Origin: Eledone cirrhosa | Lineage: Eukaryota | Direction of reading: 5' to 3' | Assembly (NCBI GenBank): GCA_964016885.1 | Contig: OZ024743.1 | Coordinates: 276,706,001-276,770,000 of the forward strand | Length of the DNA stretch: 64,000 nt | Shown: in pieces, positions 38,801-47,552 of the stretch | How the letters are laid out: each line of letters begins with the position of its first letter | Position numbering within the stretch: the first letter of the stretch is position 1 | Notes under the pieces: model-generated | Databases searched by the model: none | The model's input: the letters and a program-made list of their open reading frames with translations, nothing else | Told to the model about the DNA's origin: nothing | Program-made: the position numbers and the translations under genes

Positions 38801-39294
38801 TTGAGGCTTTTGCACCCCCCGCTCCTATCAGATACTCCCACACAATCCCAGCGTGCTTCTAAGATGCCATTCCAATCCCCTATTAACAGTAAAGGGCGAG
38901 ACGTAAGCAGAAAGTTTTCCAGGCGCCTAAAGAAGTCCGGCCGACCGGCCCCAGTAGGGGCGTAGACGGCCACCAGTCTAAAGGCACCACCTTCGCTATT
39001 GCTCACGTCCAGGACCACCAACTTTCCGTCAGGATCCCGGAAGATTGACCTTACCTCGAGATCCAGACATTTCCTAAACAGCACAGCCACTCCACCTCCC
39101 ATTCCCGGCCGACTAACAGATGCAAAGATCTGATAATCGTCGAAAATCGGCGCCAGTGCGCGTGTGTCGGAAATTCTGGTCTCGCTGATGGCAATTACAT
39201 CCATTCCTAGTGACCTGAGGTCGTTGAGCAAGTGACCTTGCTTCCAGGGCGACCCCAGGCCACGAACATTTAAACTTCCTACTCTTATGGCCAT
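35875..39294 (-). CDS. Tx1 ORF2: APE endonuclease, reverse transcriptase, C-terminal zinc finger (1139 aa)
   Basis: SLNVRGL, ISETR, GDWN, SYIDRI, SDH; KSPGLDGLP, FRPITLLN, DQSKAFD, RQGCPLS, YADD, LLGV; CPRC...H...C. Confidence 0.95.
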   Translation of the reverse strand: MAIRVGSLNVRGLGSPWKQGHLLNDLRSLGMDVIAISETRISDTRALAPIFDDYQIFASVSRPGMGGGVAVLFRKCLDLEVRSIFRDPDGKLVVLDVSNSEGGAFRLVAVYAPTGAGRPDFFRRLENFLLTSRPLLLIGDWNGILEARWDCVGVSDRSGGCKSLKYLISQFQLSDRYRLDFPNAPVWTWTNRIGSSRSYIDRIFIRKRDRNSVGCPHFKTVAYSDHKLVICMVDLDKTRRLGPSYWKLNMSFPARKAYRDRVNNLVKQKLTGGVVNNRWWGALKREIRATSIGFSKEVAIEKNRKEEGLIAKLDEAICSGIATDVLAARMALDHFFNAKHEGCIVRAKARALRNEGTKAARWARFAETQRGNKTTIRSLTDRDGHELSDSKQMCEAFRQHFARLFGRMGESETAADFSPYLDGLPRLSTADAERCEEPITSAEIQDALVGCSSRKSPGLDGLPYELYVNMPDLFSDLLEALYCNWQQNGSIPSSVSRGVVTLIRKDENKRDTLDNFRPITLLNTEFKILAKVLAKRLALVVKDLVGEAQTCAIPTRSIHDNLHLMRYIIERVGCKPGFGGALINLDQSKAFDRVDHRYLEAVLEAAGFGPVFRSWIAAMYSGIRSVVKVNGHLSEPFQISRSVRQGCPLSSLLYVLTLEPLLRKLELLQGIPLEPGRRKAASAYADDITVMVSDTSEIEVIRTHLEEYERLTGAKLNPEKSVGLQLGTWRGKSMPSNSVVGRWTDGPVKLLGVWFGPDLQVDKNWDEVTSRIANLTQKWAERKLSLKGRAEVANAYIASVIYYRLTVVPCPRPRLANLERLLFKFLWRGRVPLVRRSICCQHPLRGGLGMPWLMMRRHALRLRHLQIFCLNGEQVWSPFVRRAFPQLISLTELQFWVKKRPRLGDWHLECCQALTALCKVGNAVSGTSTQDFYRGLVEGKCDDVLGEALGVNEVELTSMFRRTFEPGTMDNFQKSLAWQCYRGALPVRDKLYRHGSAVRRTCPRCAQSDETVLHALVQCPCIADLWGYVEQLLSRVERIRLSSESIVKIDPPPSFGQEGQAIFLCLVAVAKEVAWWTRLKGLKTDTFLFGQSLINFFKFHLERKVRVEREVLPPSTFTERWVNVARMARVSGPTLIMRL

Positions 39295-39323
39295 GCTGGC
39301 AGGATGAATGGGAGAGGAAAGGT

Positions 39324-41234
39324 TTACTTACCTTCCGGGGTCTTGTGAAGGTCGGGTGGTTCGACCTCCATGGTTTGTGGGGTTTCTTTTGGGAACCCCT
39401 TTAATAGTCTTGACGTGGGTTTTACGTTCGGGGTTCCCACATCCCGAGGAAAGCTCTTTCGAATTTCTTTGTATGAAGCGAGCGACATTCGCATCAGAAG
39501 CAAATTATCTGGTACGCGAAATGTGCTCGCTTCAAATGTTTCCCCGTCTTTTTCGATGTTTGTGCTTCGTGCTACATGGGCCATCAATTCCTTGTTGGCC
39601 CTTCTGGCAAGCACGAAGTTTTTAATGTTTTGTTGCTCGGGTTTTATTTGTTCGTGTGATTGTGGTGGTGATAGCTTTGTTAGTGTTGTTTCTATTGTGT
39701 CTGCGTTTGTTGTGGGTGGGGTGTCTGTAGTTTCTGATGTTTGTGTGTCTATTTGTTCTTGTGTCTGTTTAGCTTGTTTGCGTTTGGGGGATTGTGGTGG
39801 TTGTGTTGGTGATGCTGTGGGGAAAATGTTTGTGTGGGTGGTGTGTGTATTTTTTTTTGTGGGGGTGTTTGTGCTTTGTGGATTTCTTTTTTTTTTGTGT
39901 TTTGTTTTTTGTATTTTGGGGGACTTTGGTTTTCCCTCATCTTCACTGCTGGAGGATGAGGGGTCTGTGGCTGTGAGCGTGTTTGTGTCTGAGTGAGTGT
40001 TTATGTTCTTGTTCGTGTGTGTATTTTGGGGGGGAGGGGGAATGGGAGAGCTTTCCTCGTTTCCCCCCTGGGTGTGCAATTTTGGTGGTTCCATTGTTGA
40101 CGGTGTTGCTGGTGGTCCTTGTCCCGGCGTCGCCAGCAGTGGAATCTTTCGACCCCTTGCGCTTTTCGGCAGTTGAGGGCAGAAGGCTCGCAAGTGTGTC
40201 GTTTCCCCACAAAGGAAACAATGCGGCCTTTTGCCCTCAGTCATTATATGCAACACCCTCCCGTTTTGGAGGCGGATGTGGTCCGGGATTGTTTTTACGT
40301 TTTCGGGTCTGATTTGGAGCAGTATCTCCAGATCAACCCCGGACCAGTCGTCCCTGGCAGTTCTCGTTGCCTCTACCGGGACTGTATCCGTTCCTTCCAC
40401 GATTACGCAACCCAGGAGCCACCACATATCAAGTCCTGGTGGAATCCTGGGAATGCGCACACGTGCTATTCGTTTTCCCATGTGGGAGGGGTACATTATG
40501 ACCTTGCTGGTTTTGCAAGGGGTCATTGAATGCTTCACAGCGAGGGCTTCAGACTTGAACAGCACCGAAACGGTGCCGTATTGCCTGCCCCTCTCTATGA
40601 AGTCTGTGTCCTCTCTGATGTATTTCAGTGCGGCTTCTATGTCAGCTTGGGCGATTATCGCTGCCCTCTTTGTCTCTACTGAGATGCATCTGAAATGCAC
40701 CGTTCTTTTTTCCACTGCCTCAATGGCTTCTGCCGGGACAGTTAAGTTTGCCCAGGTCTGCTCTTGATTTATGATTTTCCAGGCCTGGGCCAACTTTTCC
40801 TCTCTGTTGGTTAAGTCGATGCTGTAGCATGGTCTCCTTTTAGCCGCTGCCACAGCAGCGAAAGTGTTCTTGTTGGTGTTGTCACTGTTGTTGTTCTTGT
40901 TGGTGTTGCTGCTGCTATTGCTGTTGTTGTTCTCCCCTGTGTCGTGGTTACCTTCTGTGCTGTTGGCCTTGTTGGTGCTGCTGCTGTCGCTACTATTACT
41001 CTCTGTGCTGTTCGTTTTGTTGGTGCTCTCGCTATTACCACCTTCTGCGCTGTTCGGCTTGTTGGTGTTGGTGTTGTCGCTGTTACCACCTTCTGCGCCG
41101 CTCGGCCCGTTGGTGCTGGCACTGTCGCTGCTCACATTCGTGCTGGTGGCGCTCCTCGCCTCACCTCTCCTCTCAACGCTCAAGTCGCCGTTGCACGACA
41201 GCAGACCCGCCTCTAGGGGGCGTGGCTCCGCCAT
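39324..41234 (-). CDS. Tx1 ORF1: nucleic-acid-binding protein with one CCHC knuckle (636 aa)
   Basis: CFLCGETTHLRAFC, TFAAVAA motif, low-complexity N- and C-terminal regions; lies upstream of ORF2. Confidence 0.9.
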   Translation of the reverse strand: MAEPRPLEAGLLSCNGDLSVERRGEARSATSTNVSSDSASTNGPSGAEGGNSDNTNTNKPNSAEGGNSESTNKTNSTESNSSDSSSTNKANSTEGNHDTGENNNSNSSSNTNKNNNSDNTNKNTFAAVAAAKRRPCYSIDLTNREEKLAQAWKIINQEQTWANLTVPAEAIEAVEKRTVHFRCISVETKRAAIIAQADIEAALKYIREDTDFIERGRQYGTVSVLFKSEALAVKHSMTPCKTSKVIMYPSHMGKRIARVRIPRIPPGLDMWWLLGCVIVEGTDTVPVEATRTARDDWSGVDLEILLQIRPENVKTIPDHIRLQNGRVLHIMTEGKRPHCFLCGETTHLRAFCPQLPKSARGRKIPLLATPGQGPPATPSTMEPPKLHTQGGNEESSPIPPPPQNTHTNKNINTHSDTNTLTATDPSSSSSEDEGKPKSPKIQKTKHKKKRNPQSTNTPTKKNTHTTHTNIFPTASPTQPPQSPKRKQAKQTQEQIDTQTSETTDTPPTTNADTIETTLTKLSPPQSHEQIKPEQQNIKNFVLARRANKELMAHVARSTNIEKDGETFEASTFRVPDNLLLMRMSLASYKEIRKSFPRDVGTPNVKPTSRLLKGFPKETPQTMEVEPPDLHKTPEGK

Positions 41235-41713
41235 GTTTTTTTGAGAAAAAAATTATTATTTTTTTTCAAAATAAAGTTCAAATATTTGGGCCAAAAGGCC
41301 CAAATATTATGAGTTATTCCTTCACAGGATACAAATTAATGTCTTATAATGCTTCAGCGGTACAAAAAATAAACAATTCTCTACAATTAATCCTCAAAAA
41401 TTGCTTACTCACGGAGCTTCAAAAAACGTACATCCACTTTCGTCAATAATAATAATAATGATTTCATTTATTGGCCACAAGGGCCGACATATAGGGGACA
41501 ACACAATAGACAGGGACAGTGGGGGTTTACATAGAGATCGAGTAAGTATAAATAACAAAAAAAACAAAATAACAATAAAAATACAACAATGAAAGTTCCC
41601 CAATAAGAGGGATCACCACCCAGGGTTGACTCAAGCACCCCACCAGTCCTGAGCCACCCGACGCTCCTAGGGCACCCGGGAAGGGCACCCCTCTCCTTCT
41701 CGAATTCACCAGC

Positions 41714-44700
41714 CTACAGGCGCATGATCAGAGTAGGCCCACTCACGCGGGCCATTCTCGCCACATTCACCCACCTTTCAGTAAATGTACTGGGGGGCAG
41801 CACTTCTCTCTCCACCCTCACCTTCCTTTCCAAGTGAAACTTGAAGAAGTTGATGAGGGATTGGCCGAAGAGAAAAGTGTCTGTCTTCAGTCCTTTCAAC
41901 CTGGTCCACCATGCAACCTCTTTCGCTACTGCCACCAGGCAGAGGAAAATTGCCTGCCCTTCCTGACCAAAAGAAGGCGGCGGGTCAATCTTCACTATGG
42001 ACTCGGACGATAGCCGGATCCGTTCTACACGCGACAATAGCTGTTCGACATAACCCCACAAGTCAGCAATGCACGGACACTGGACGAGTGCGTGCAGAAC
42101 GGTTTCGTCGCTCTGCGCGCATCTCGGGCAGGTTCGTCTGACAGCACTTCCGTGCCTGTAGAGTTTATCCCGAACCGGCAGCGCCCCCCGGTAGCACTGC
42201 CAAGCGAGGGATTTCTGGAAGTTATCCATCGTCCCCGGCTCGAAAGTCCTCCGGAACATACTGGTCAGTTCTACTTCGTTGACGCCCAGAGCCTCTCCTA
42301 GTACGTCATCGCACTTGCCCTCCACTAATCCTCTATAGAAATCTTGAGTGGAAGTTCCACTGACCGCATTGCCCACCTTGCAGAGTGCAGTGAGCGCCTG
42401 GCAACATTCCAGATGCCAGTCGCCCAGTCTCGGTCTCTTCTTGACCCAGGACTGCAGCTCAGTCAAAGAGATGAGCTGCGGAAAGGCCCGTCTAACAAAC
42501 GGCGACCACACCTGTTCACCGTTTAGGCAAAATATCTGGAGATGTCGCAGCCTCAGCGCATGTCTGCGCATCATTAGCCACGGCATGCCCAGCCCTCCAC
42601 GAAGAGGGTGCTGGCAGCAGATGGACCGCCTCACCAACGGGACCCGTCCCCTCCACAAAAATTTGAAAAGGAGCCGTTCCAAATTGGCGAGGCGTGGACG
42701 GGGGCAAGGCACGACGGTCAGGCGGTAGTAGATGACGGACGCGATGTACGCGTTCGCCACCTCCGCCCGCCCTTTCAGTGATAGCTTTCTCTCAGCCCAT
42801 TTCTGGGTGAGGTTGGCTATCCTGCTCGTCACCTCGTCCCAATTCTTATCCACCTGGAGGTCTGGTCCGAACCAAACCCCGAGCAACTTTACCGGTCCGT
42901 CTGTCCAGCGCCCAACGACGCTGTTGGACGGCATGGACTTGCCTCTCCAGGTGCCGAGCTGCAAGCCCACCGACTTTTCCGGGTTAAGTTTTGCTCCCGT
43001 CAACCTTTCATATTCCTCCAAATGGGTGCGGATCACCTCGATTTCCGAGGTGTCCGACACCATCACGGTGATGTCGTCCGCATAAGCGGACGCAGCCTTT
43101 CTACGTCCCGGTTCGAGCGGGATGCCCTGCAACAACTCCAGCTTCCGCAGTAGAGGCTCAAGAGTCAATACGTACAGAAGTGAGGAGAGAGGGCACCCTT
43201 GACGGACCGATCGAGAGATCTGAAACGGTTCCGAGAGGTGGCCATTAACTTTGACCACCGAGCGGATGCCGCTGTACATTGCAGCGATCCAGCTTCTGAA
43301 GACGGGGCCGAAGCCAGCCGCCTCGAGGACAGCCTCCAAGTACCGATGGTCGACCCTATCGAATGCTTTCGATTGATCTAAATTGATCAGAGCCCCACCG
43401 AAGCCAGGTTTGCACCCAACCCTCTCTATGATGTATCGCATGAGGTGGAGGTTGTCGTGTATGGACCTGGTCGGGATTGCGCAAGTTTGCGCCTCCCCAA
43501 CCAAATCTTTGACGACAAGCGCCAACCTTTTCGCTAACACCTTGGCCAAAATCTTAAACTCTGTGTTGAGCAGGGTTATGGGCCTGAAATTATCTAGTGT
43601 GTCCCTCTTGTTCTCGTCTTTCCTTATCAGCGTCACTACGCCACGGCTCACAGAACTGGGAATGCTCCCGTTCTGCTGCCAGTTGCAGTAGAGCGCTTCG
43701 AGGAGATCGGAGAACAAGTCTGGCATATTTACGTAAAGCTCGTAGGGCAGACCATCCAAACCGGGTGACTTGCGACTCGAGCAGCCGACAAGGGCGTCCT
43801 GAATTTCGGCTGATGTTATCGGCTCTTCGCAGCGCTCAGCGTCGGCCGTCGAGAGGCGTGGCAAGCCGTCGAGGTAGGGACTGAAGTCCGCCGCCGTCTC
43901 CGACTCACCCATCCTCCCGAACAATCGAGCAAAGTGCTGGCGAAAGGCCTCACACATCTGCTTGGAATCGCTCAGTTCGTGTCCATCTCGATCCGTCAAA
44001 GACCGAATTGTGGTTTTATTTCCACGCTGCGTCTCTGCAAAGCGAGCCCATCGGGCAGCTTTGGTTCCCTCGTTCCTCAGAGCACGCGCCTTAGCTCTGA
44101 CAATGCAACCTTCGTGTTTCGCATTGAAGAAATGGTCTAGTGCCATTCTCGCCGCTAGCACGTCTGTTGCAATGCCACTACAAATAGCCTCGTCTAACTT
44201 AGCTATCAGCCCCTCCTCCTTTCTATTTTTCTCTATTGCTACTTCTTTGCTAAATCCTATCGAGGTTGCTCTAATCTCTCTTTTGAGTGCCCCCCACCAC
44301 CTGTTGTTGACAACCCCCCCTGTCAACTTTTGCTTAACTAAGTTGTTGACCCGGTCCCTGTAAGCTTTACGTGCCGGAAACGACATGTTTAGCTTCCAGT
44401 AGCTAGGTCCTAACCTACGTGTCTTATCTAGGTCGACCATACAGATCACAAGCTTGTGATCTGAATAGGCAACCGTTTTAAAATGTGGACATCCTACACT
44501 ATTTCTATCTCTTTTCCTAATGAAAATCCTATCTATGTACGATCTAGATGACCCTATGCGATTGGTCCAGGTCCATACTGGCGCATTAGGGAAATCTAGT
44601 CGGTACCTGTCAGACAGTTGAAACTGGCTGATCAGGTACTTGAGGCTTTTGCACCCCCCGCTCCTATCAGATACTCCCACACAATCCCAGCGTGCTTCTA

Positions 44701-45133
44701 AGATGCCATTCCAATCCCCTATTAACAGTAAAGGGCGAGACGTAAGCAGAAAGTTTTCCAGGCGCCTAAAGAAGTCCGGCCGACCGGCCCCAGTAGGGGC
44801 GTAGACGGCCACCAGTCTAAAGGCACCACCTTCGCTATTGCTCACGTCCAGGACCACCAACTTTCCGTCAGGATCCCGGAAGATTGACCTTACCTCGAGA
44901 TCCAGACATTTCCTAAACAGCACAGCCACTCCACCTCCCATTCCCGGCCGACTAACAGATGCAAAGATCTGATAATCGTCGAAAATCGGCGCCAGTGCGC
45001 GTGTGTCGGAAATTCTGGTCTCGCTGATGGCAATTACATCCATTCCTAGTGACCTGAGGTCGTTGAGCAAGTGACCTTGCTTCCAGGGCGACCCCAGGCC
45101 ACGAACATTTAAACTTCCTACTCTTATGGCCAT
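41714..45133 (-). CDS. Tx1 ORF2 (1139 aa), copy B
   Basis: Identical to copy A except TELQSW vs TELQFW. Confidence 0.95.
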   Translation of the reverse strand: MAIRVGSLNVRGLGSPWKQGHLLNDLRSLGMDVIAISETRISDTRALAPIFDDYQIFASVSRPGMGGGVAVLFRKCLDLEVRSIFRDPDGKLVVLDVSNSEGGAFRLVAVYAPTGAGRPDFFRRLENFLLTSRPLLLIGDWNGILEARWDCVGVSDRSGGCKSLKYLISQFQLSDRYRLDFPNAPVWTWTNRIGSSRSYIDRIFIRKRDRNSVGCPHFKTVAYSDHKLVICMVDLDKTRRLGPSYWKLNMSFPARKAYRDRVNNLVKQKLTGGVVNNRWWGALKREIRATSIGFSKEVAIEKNRKEEGLIAKLDEAICSGIATDVLAARMALDHFFNAKHEGCIVRAKARALRNEGTKAARWARFAETQRGNKTTIRSLTDRDGHELSDSKQMCEAFRQHFARLFGRMGESETAADFSPYLDGLPRLSTADAERCEEPITSAEIQDALVGCSSRKSPGLDGLPYELYVNMPDLFSDLLEALYCNWQQNGSIPSSVSRGVVTLIRKDENKRDTLDNFRPITLLNTEFKILAKVLAKRLALVVKDLVGEAQTCAIPTRSIHDNLHLMRYIIERVGCKPGFGGALINLDQSKAFDRVDHRYLEAVLEAAGFGPVFRSWIAAMYSGIRSVVKVNGHLSEPFQISRSVRQGCPLSSLLYVLTLEPLLRKLELLQGIPLEPGRRKAASAYADDITVMVSDTSEIEVIRTHLEEYERLTGAKLNPEKSVGLQLGTWRGKSMPSNSVVGRWTDGPVKLLGVWFGPDLQVDKNWDEVTSRIANLTQKWAERKLSLKGRAEVANAYIASVIYYRLTVVPCPRPRLANLERLLFKFLWRGRVPLVRRSICCQHPLRGGLGMPWLMMRRHALRLRHLQIFCLNGEQVWSPFVRRAFPQLISLTELQSWVKKRPRLGDWHLECCQALTALCKVGNAVSGTSTQDFYRGLVEGKCDDVLGEALGVNEVELTSMFRRTFEPGTMDNFQKSLAWQCYRGALPVRDKLYRHGSAVRRTCPRCAQSDETVLHALVQCPCIADLWGYVEQLLSRVERIRLSSESIVKIDPPPSFGQEGQAIFLCLVAVAKEVAWWTRLKGLKTDTFLFGQSLINFFKFHLERKVRVEREVLPPSTFTERWVNVARMARVSGPTLIMRL

Positions 45134-45162
45134 GCTGGCAGGATGAATGGGAGAGGAAAGGT

Positions 45163-47073
45163 TTACTTACCTTCCGGGGTCTTGTGAAGGTCGGGTGGTT
45201 CGACCTCCATGGTTTGTGGGGTTTCTTTTGGGAACCCCTTTAATAGTCTTGACGTGGGTTTTACGTTCGGGGTTCCCACATCCCGAGGAAAGCTCTTTCG
45301 AATTTCTTTGTATGAAGCGAGCGACATTCGCATCAGAAGCAAATTATCTGGTACGCGAAATGTGCTCGCTTCAAATGTTTCCCCGTCTTTTTCGATGTTT
45401 GTGCTTCGTGCTACATGGGCCATCAATTCCTTGTTGGCCCTTCTGGCAAGCACGAAGTTTTTAATGTTTTGTTGCTCGGGTTTTATTTGTTCGTGTGATT
45501 GTGGTGGTGATAGCTTTGTTAGTGTTGTTTCTATTGTGTCTGCGTTTGTTGTGGGTGGGGTGTCTGTAGTTTCTGATGTTTGTGTGTCTATTTGTTCTTG
45601 TGTCTGTTTAGCTTGTTTGCGTTTGGGGGATTGTGGTGGTTGTGTTGGTGATGCTGTGGGGAAAATGTTTGTGTGGGTGGTGTGTGTATTTTTTTTTGTG
45701 GGGGTGTTTGTGCTTTGTGGATTTCTTTTTTTTTTGTGTTTTGTTTTTTGTATTTTGGGGGACTTTGGTTTTCCCTCATCTTCACTGCTGGAGGATGAGG
45801 GGTCTGTGGCTGTGAGCGTGTTTGTGTCTGAGTGAGTGTTTATGTTCTTGTTCGTGTGTGTATTTTGGGGGGGAGGGGGAATGGGAGAGCTTTCCTCGTT
45901 TCCCCCCTGGGTGTGCAATTTTGGTGGTTCCATTGTTGACGGTGTTGCTGGTGGTCCTTGTCCCGGCGTCGCCAGCAGTGGAATCTTTCGACCCCTTGCG
46001 CTTTTCGGCAGTTGAGGGCAGAAGGCTCGCAAGTGTGTCGTTTCCCCACAAAGGAAACAATGCGGCCTTTTGCCCTCAGTCATTATATGCAACACCCTCC
46101 CGTTTTGGAGGCGGATGTGGTCCGGGATTGTTTTTACGTTTTCGGGTCTGATTTGGAGCAGTATCTCCAGATCAACCCCGGACCAGTCGTCCCTGGCAGT
46201 TCTCGTTGCCTCTACCGGGACTGTATCCGTTCCTTCCACGATTACGCAACCCAGGAGCCACCACATATCAAGTCCTGGTGGAATCCTGGGAATGCGCACA
46301 CGTGCTATTCGTTTTCCCATGTGGGAGGGGTACATTATGACCTTGCTGGTTTTGCAAGGGGTCATTGAATGCTTCACAGCGAGGGCTTCAGACTTGAACA
46401 GCACCGAAACGGTGCCGTATTGCCTGCCCCTCTCTATGAAGTCTGTGTCCTCTCTGATGTATTTCAGTGCGGCTTCTATGTCAGCTTGGGCGATTATCGC
46501 TGCCCTCTTTGTCTCTACTGAGATGCATCTGAAATGCACCGTTCTTTTTTCCACTGCCTCAATGGCTTCTGCCGGGACAGTTAAGTTTGCCCAGGTCTGC
46601 TCTTGATTTATGATTTTCCAGGCCTGGGCCAACTTTTCCTCTCTGTTGGTTAAGTCGATGCTGTAGCATGGTCTCCTTTTAGCCGCTGCCACAGCAGCGA
46701 AAGTGTTCTTGTTGGTGTTGTCACTGTTGTTGTTCTTGTTGGTGTTGCTGCTGCTATTGCTGTTGTTGTTCTCCCCTGTGTCGTGGTTACCTTCTGTGCT
46801 GTTGGCCTTGTTGGTGCTGCTGCTGTCGCTACTATTACTCTCTGTGCTGTTCGTTTTGTTGGTGCTCTCGCTATTACCACCTTCTGCGCTGTTCGGCTTG
46901 TTGGTGTTGGTGTTGTCGCTGTTACCACCTTCTGCGCCGCTCGGCCCGTTGGTGCTGGCACTGTCGCTGCTCACATTCGTGCTGGTGGCGCTCCTCGCCT
47001 CACCTCTCCTCTCAACGCTCAAGTCGCCGTTGCACGACAGCAGACCCGCCTCTAGGGGGCGTGGCTCCGCCAT
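45163..47073 (-). CDS. Tx1 ORF1 (636 aa), copy B
   Basis: Same protein as copy A. Confidence 0.9.
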   Translation of the reverse strand: MAEPRPLEAGLLSCNGDLSVERRGEARSATSTNVSSDSASTNGPSGAEGGNSDNTNTNKPNSAEGGNSESTNKTNSTESNSSDSSSTNKANSTEGNHDTGENNNSNSSSNTNKNNNSDNTNKNTFAAVAAAKRRPCYSIDLTNREEKLAQAWKIINQEQTWANLTVPAEAIEAVEKRTVHFRCISVETKRAAIIAQADIEAALKYIREDTDFIERGRQYGTVSVLFKSEALAVKHSMTPCKTSKVIMYPSHMGKRIARVRIPRIPPGLDMWWLLGCVIVEGTDTVPVEATRTARDDWSGVDLEILLQIRPENVKTIPDHIRLQNGRVLHIMTEGKRPHCFLCGETTHLRAFCPQLPKSARGRKIPLLATPGQGPPATPSTMEPPKLHTQGGNEESSPIPPPPQNTHTNKNINTHSDTNTLTATDPSSSSSEDEGKPKSPKIQKTKHKKKRNPQSTNTPTKKNTHTTHTNIFPTASPTQPPQSPKRKQAKQTQEQIDTQTSETTDTPPTTNADTIETTLTKLSPPQSHEQIKPEQQNIKNFVLARRANKELMAHVARSTNIEKDGETFEASTFRVPDNLLLMRMSLASYKEIRKSFPRDVGTPNVKPTSRLLKGFPKETPQTMEVEPPDLHKTPEGK

Positions 47074-47552
47074 GTTTTTTTGAGAAAAAAATTATTATTT
47101 TTTTTCAAAATAAAGTTCAAATATTTGGGCCAAAAGGCCCAAATATTATGAGTTATTCCTTCACAGGATACAAATTAATGTCTTATAATGCTTCAGCGGT
47201 ACAAAAAATAAACAATTCTCTACAATTAATCCTCAAAAATTGCTTACTCACGGAGCTTCAAAAAACGTACATCCACTTTCGTCAATAATAATAATAATGA
47301 TTTCATTTATTGGCCACAAGGGCCGACATATAGGGGACAACACAATAGACAGGGACAGTGGGGGTTTACATAGAGATCGAGTAAGTATAAATAACAAAAA
47401 AAACAAAATAACAATAAAAATACAACAATGAAAGTTCCCCAATAAGAGGGATCACCACCCAGGGTTGACTCAAGCACCCCACCAGTCCTGAGCCACCCGA
47501 CGCTCCTAGGGCACCCGGGAAGGGCACCCCTCTCCTTCTCGAATTCACCAGC

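Larger units (their letters stand above)
35623..41444 (-). mobile_element. Full-length intact Tx1-clade LINE, tandem copy A
   Basis: 5'UTR, ORF1, ORF2, 3'UTR with AATAAA; (AAT)n on both sides. Confidence 0.95.
41460..47283 (-). mobile_element. Full-length intact Tx1-clade LINE, tandem copy B
   Basis: 5839-bp offset from copy A; separated by (AAT)5. Confidence 0.95.
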
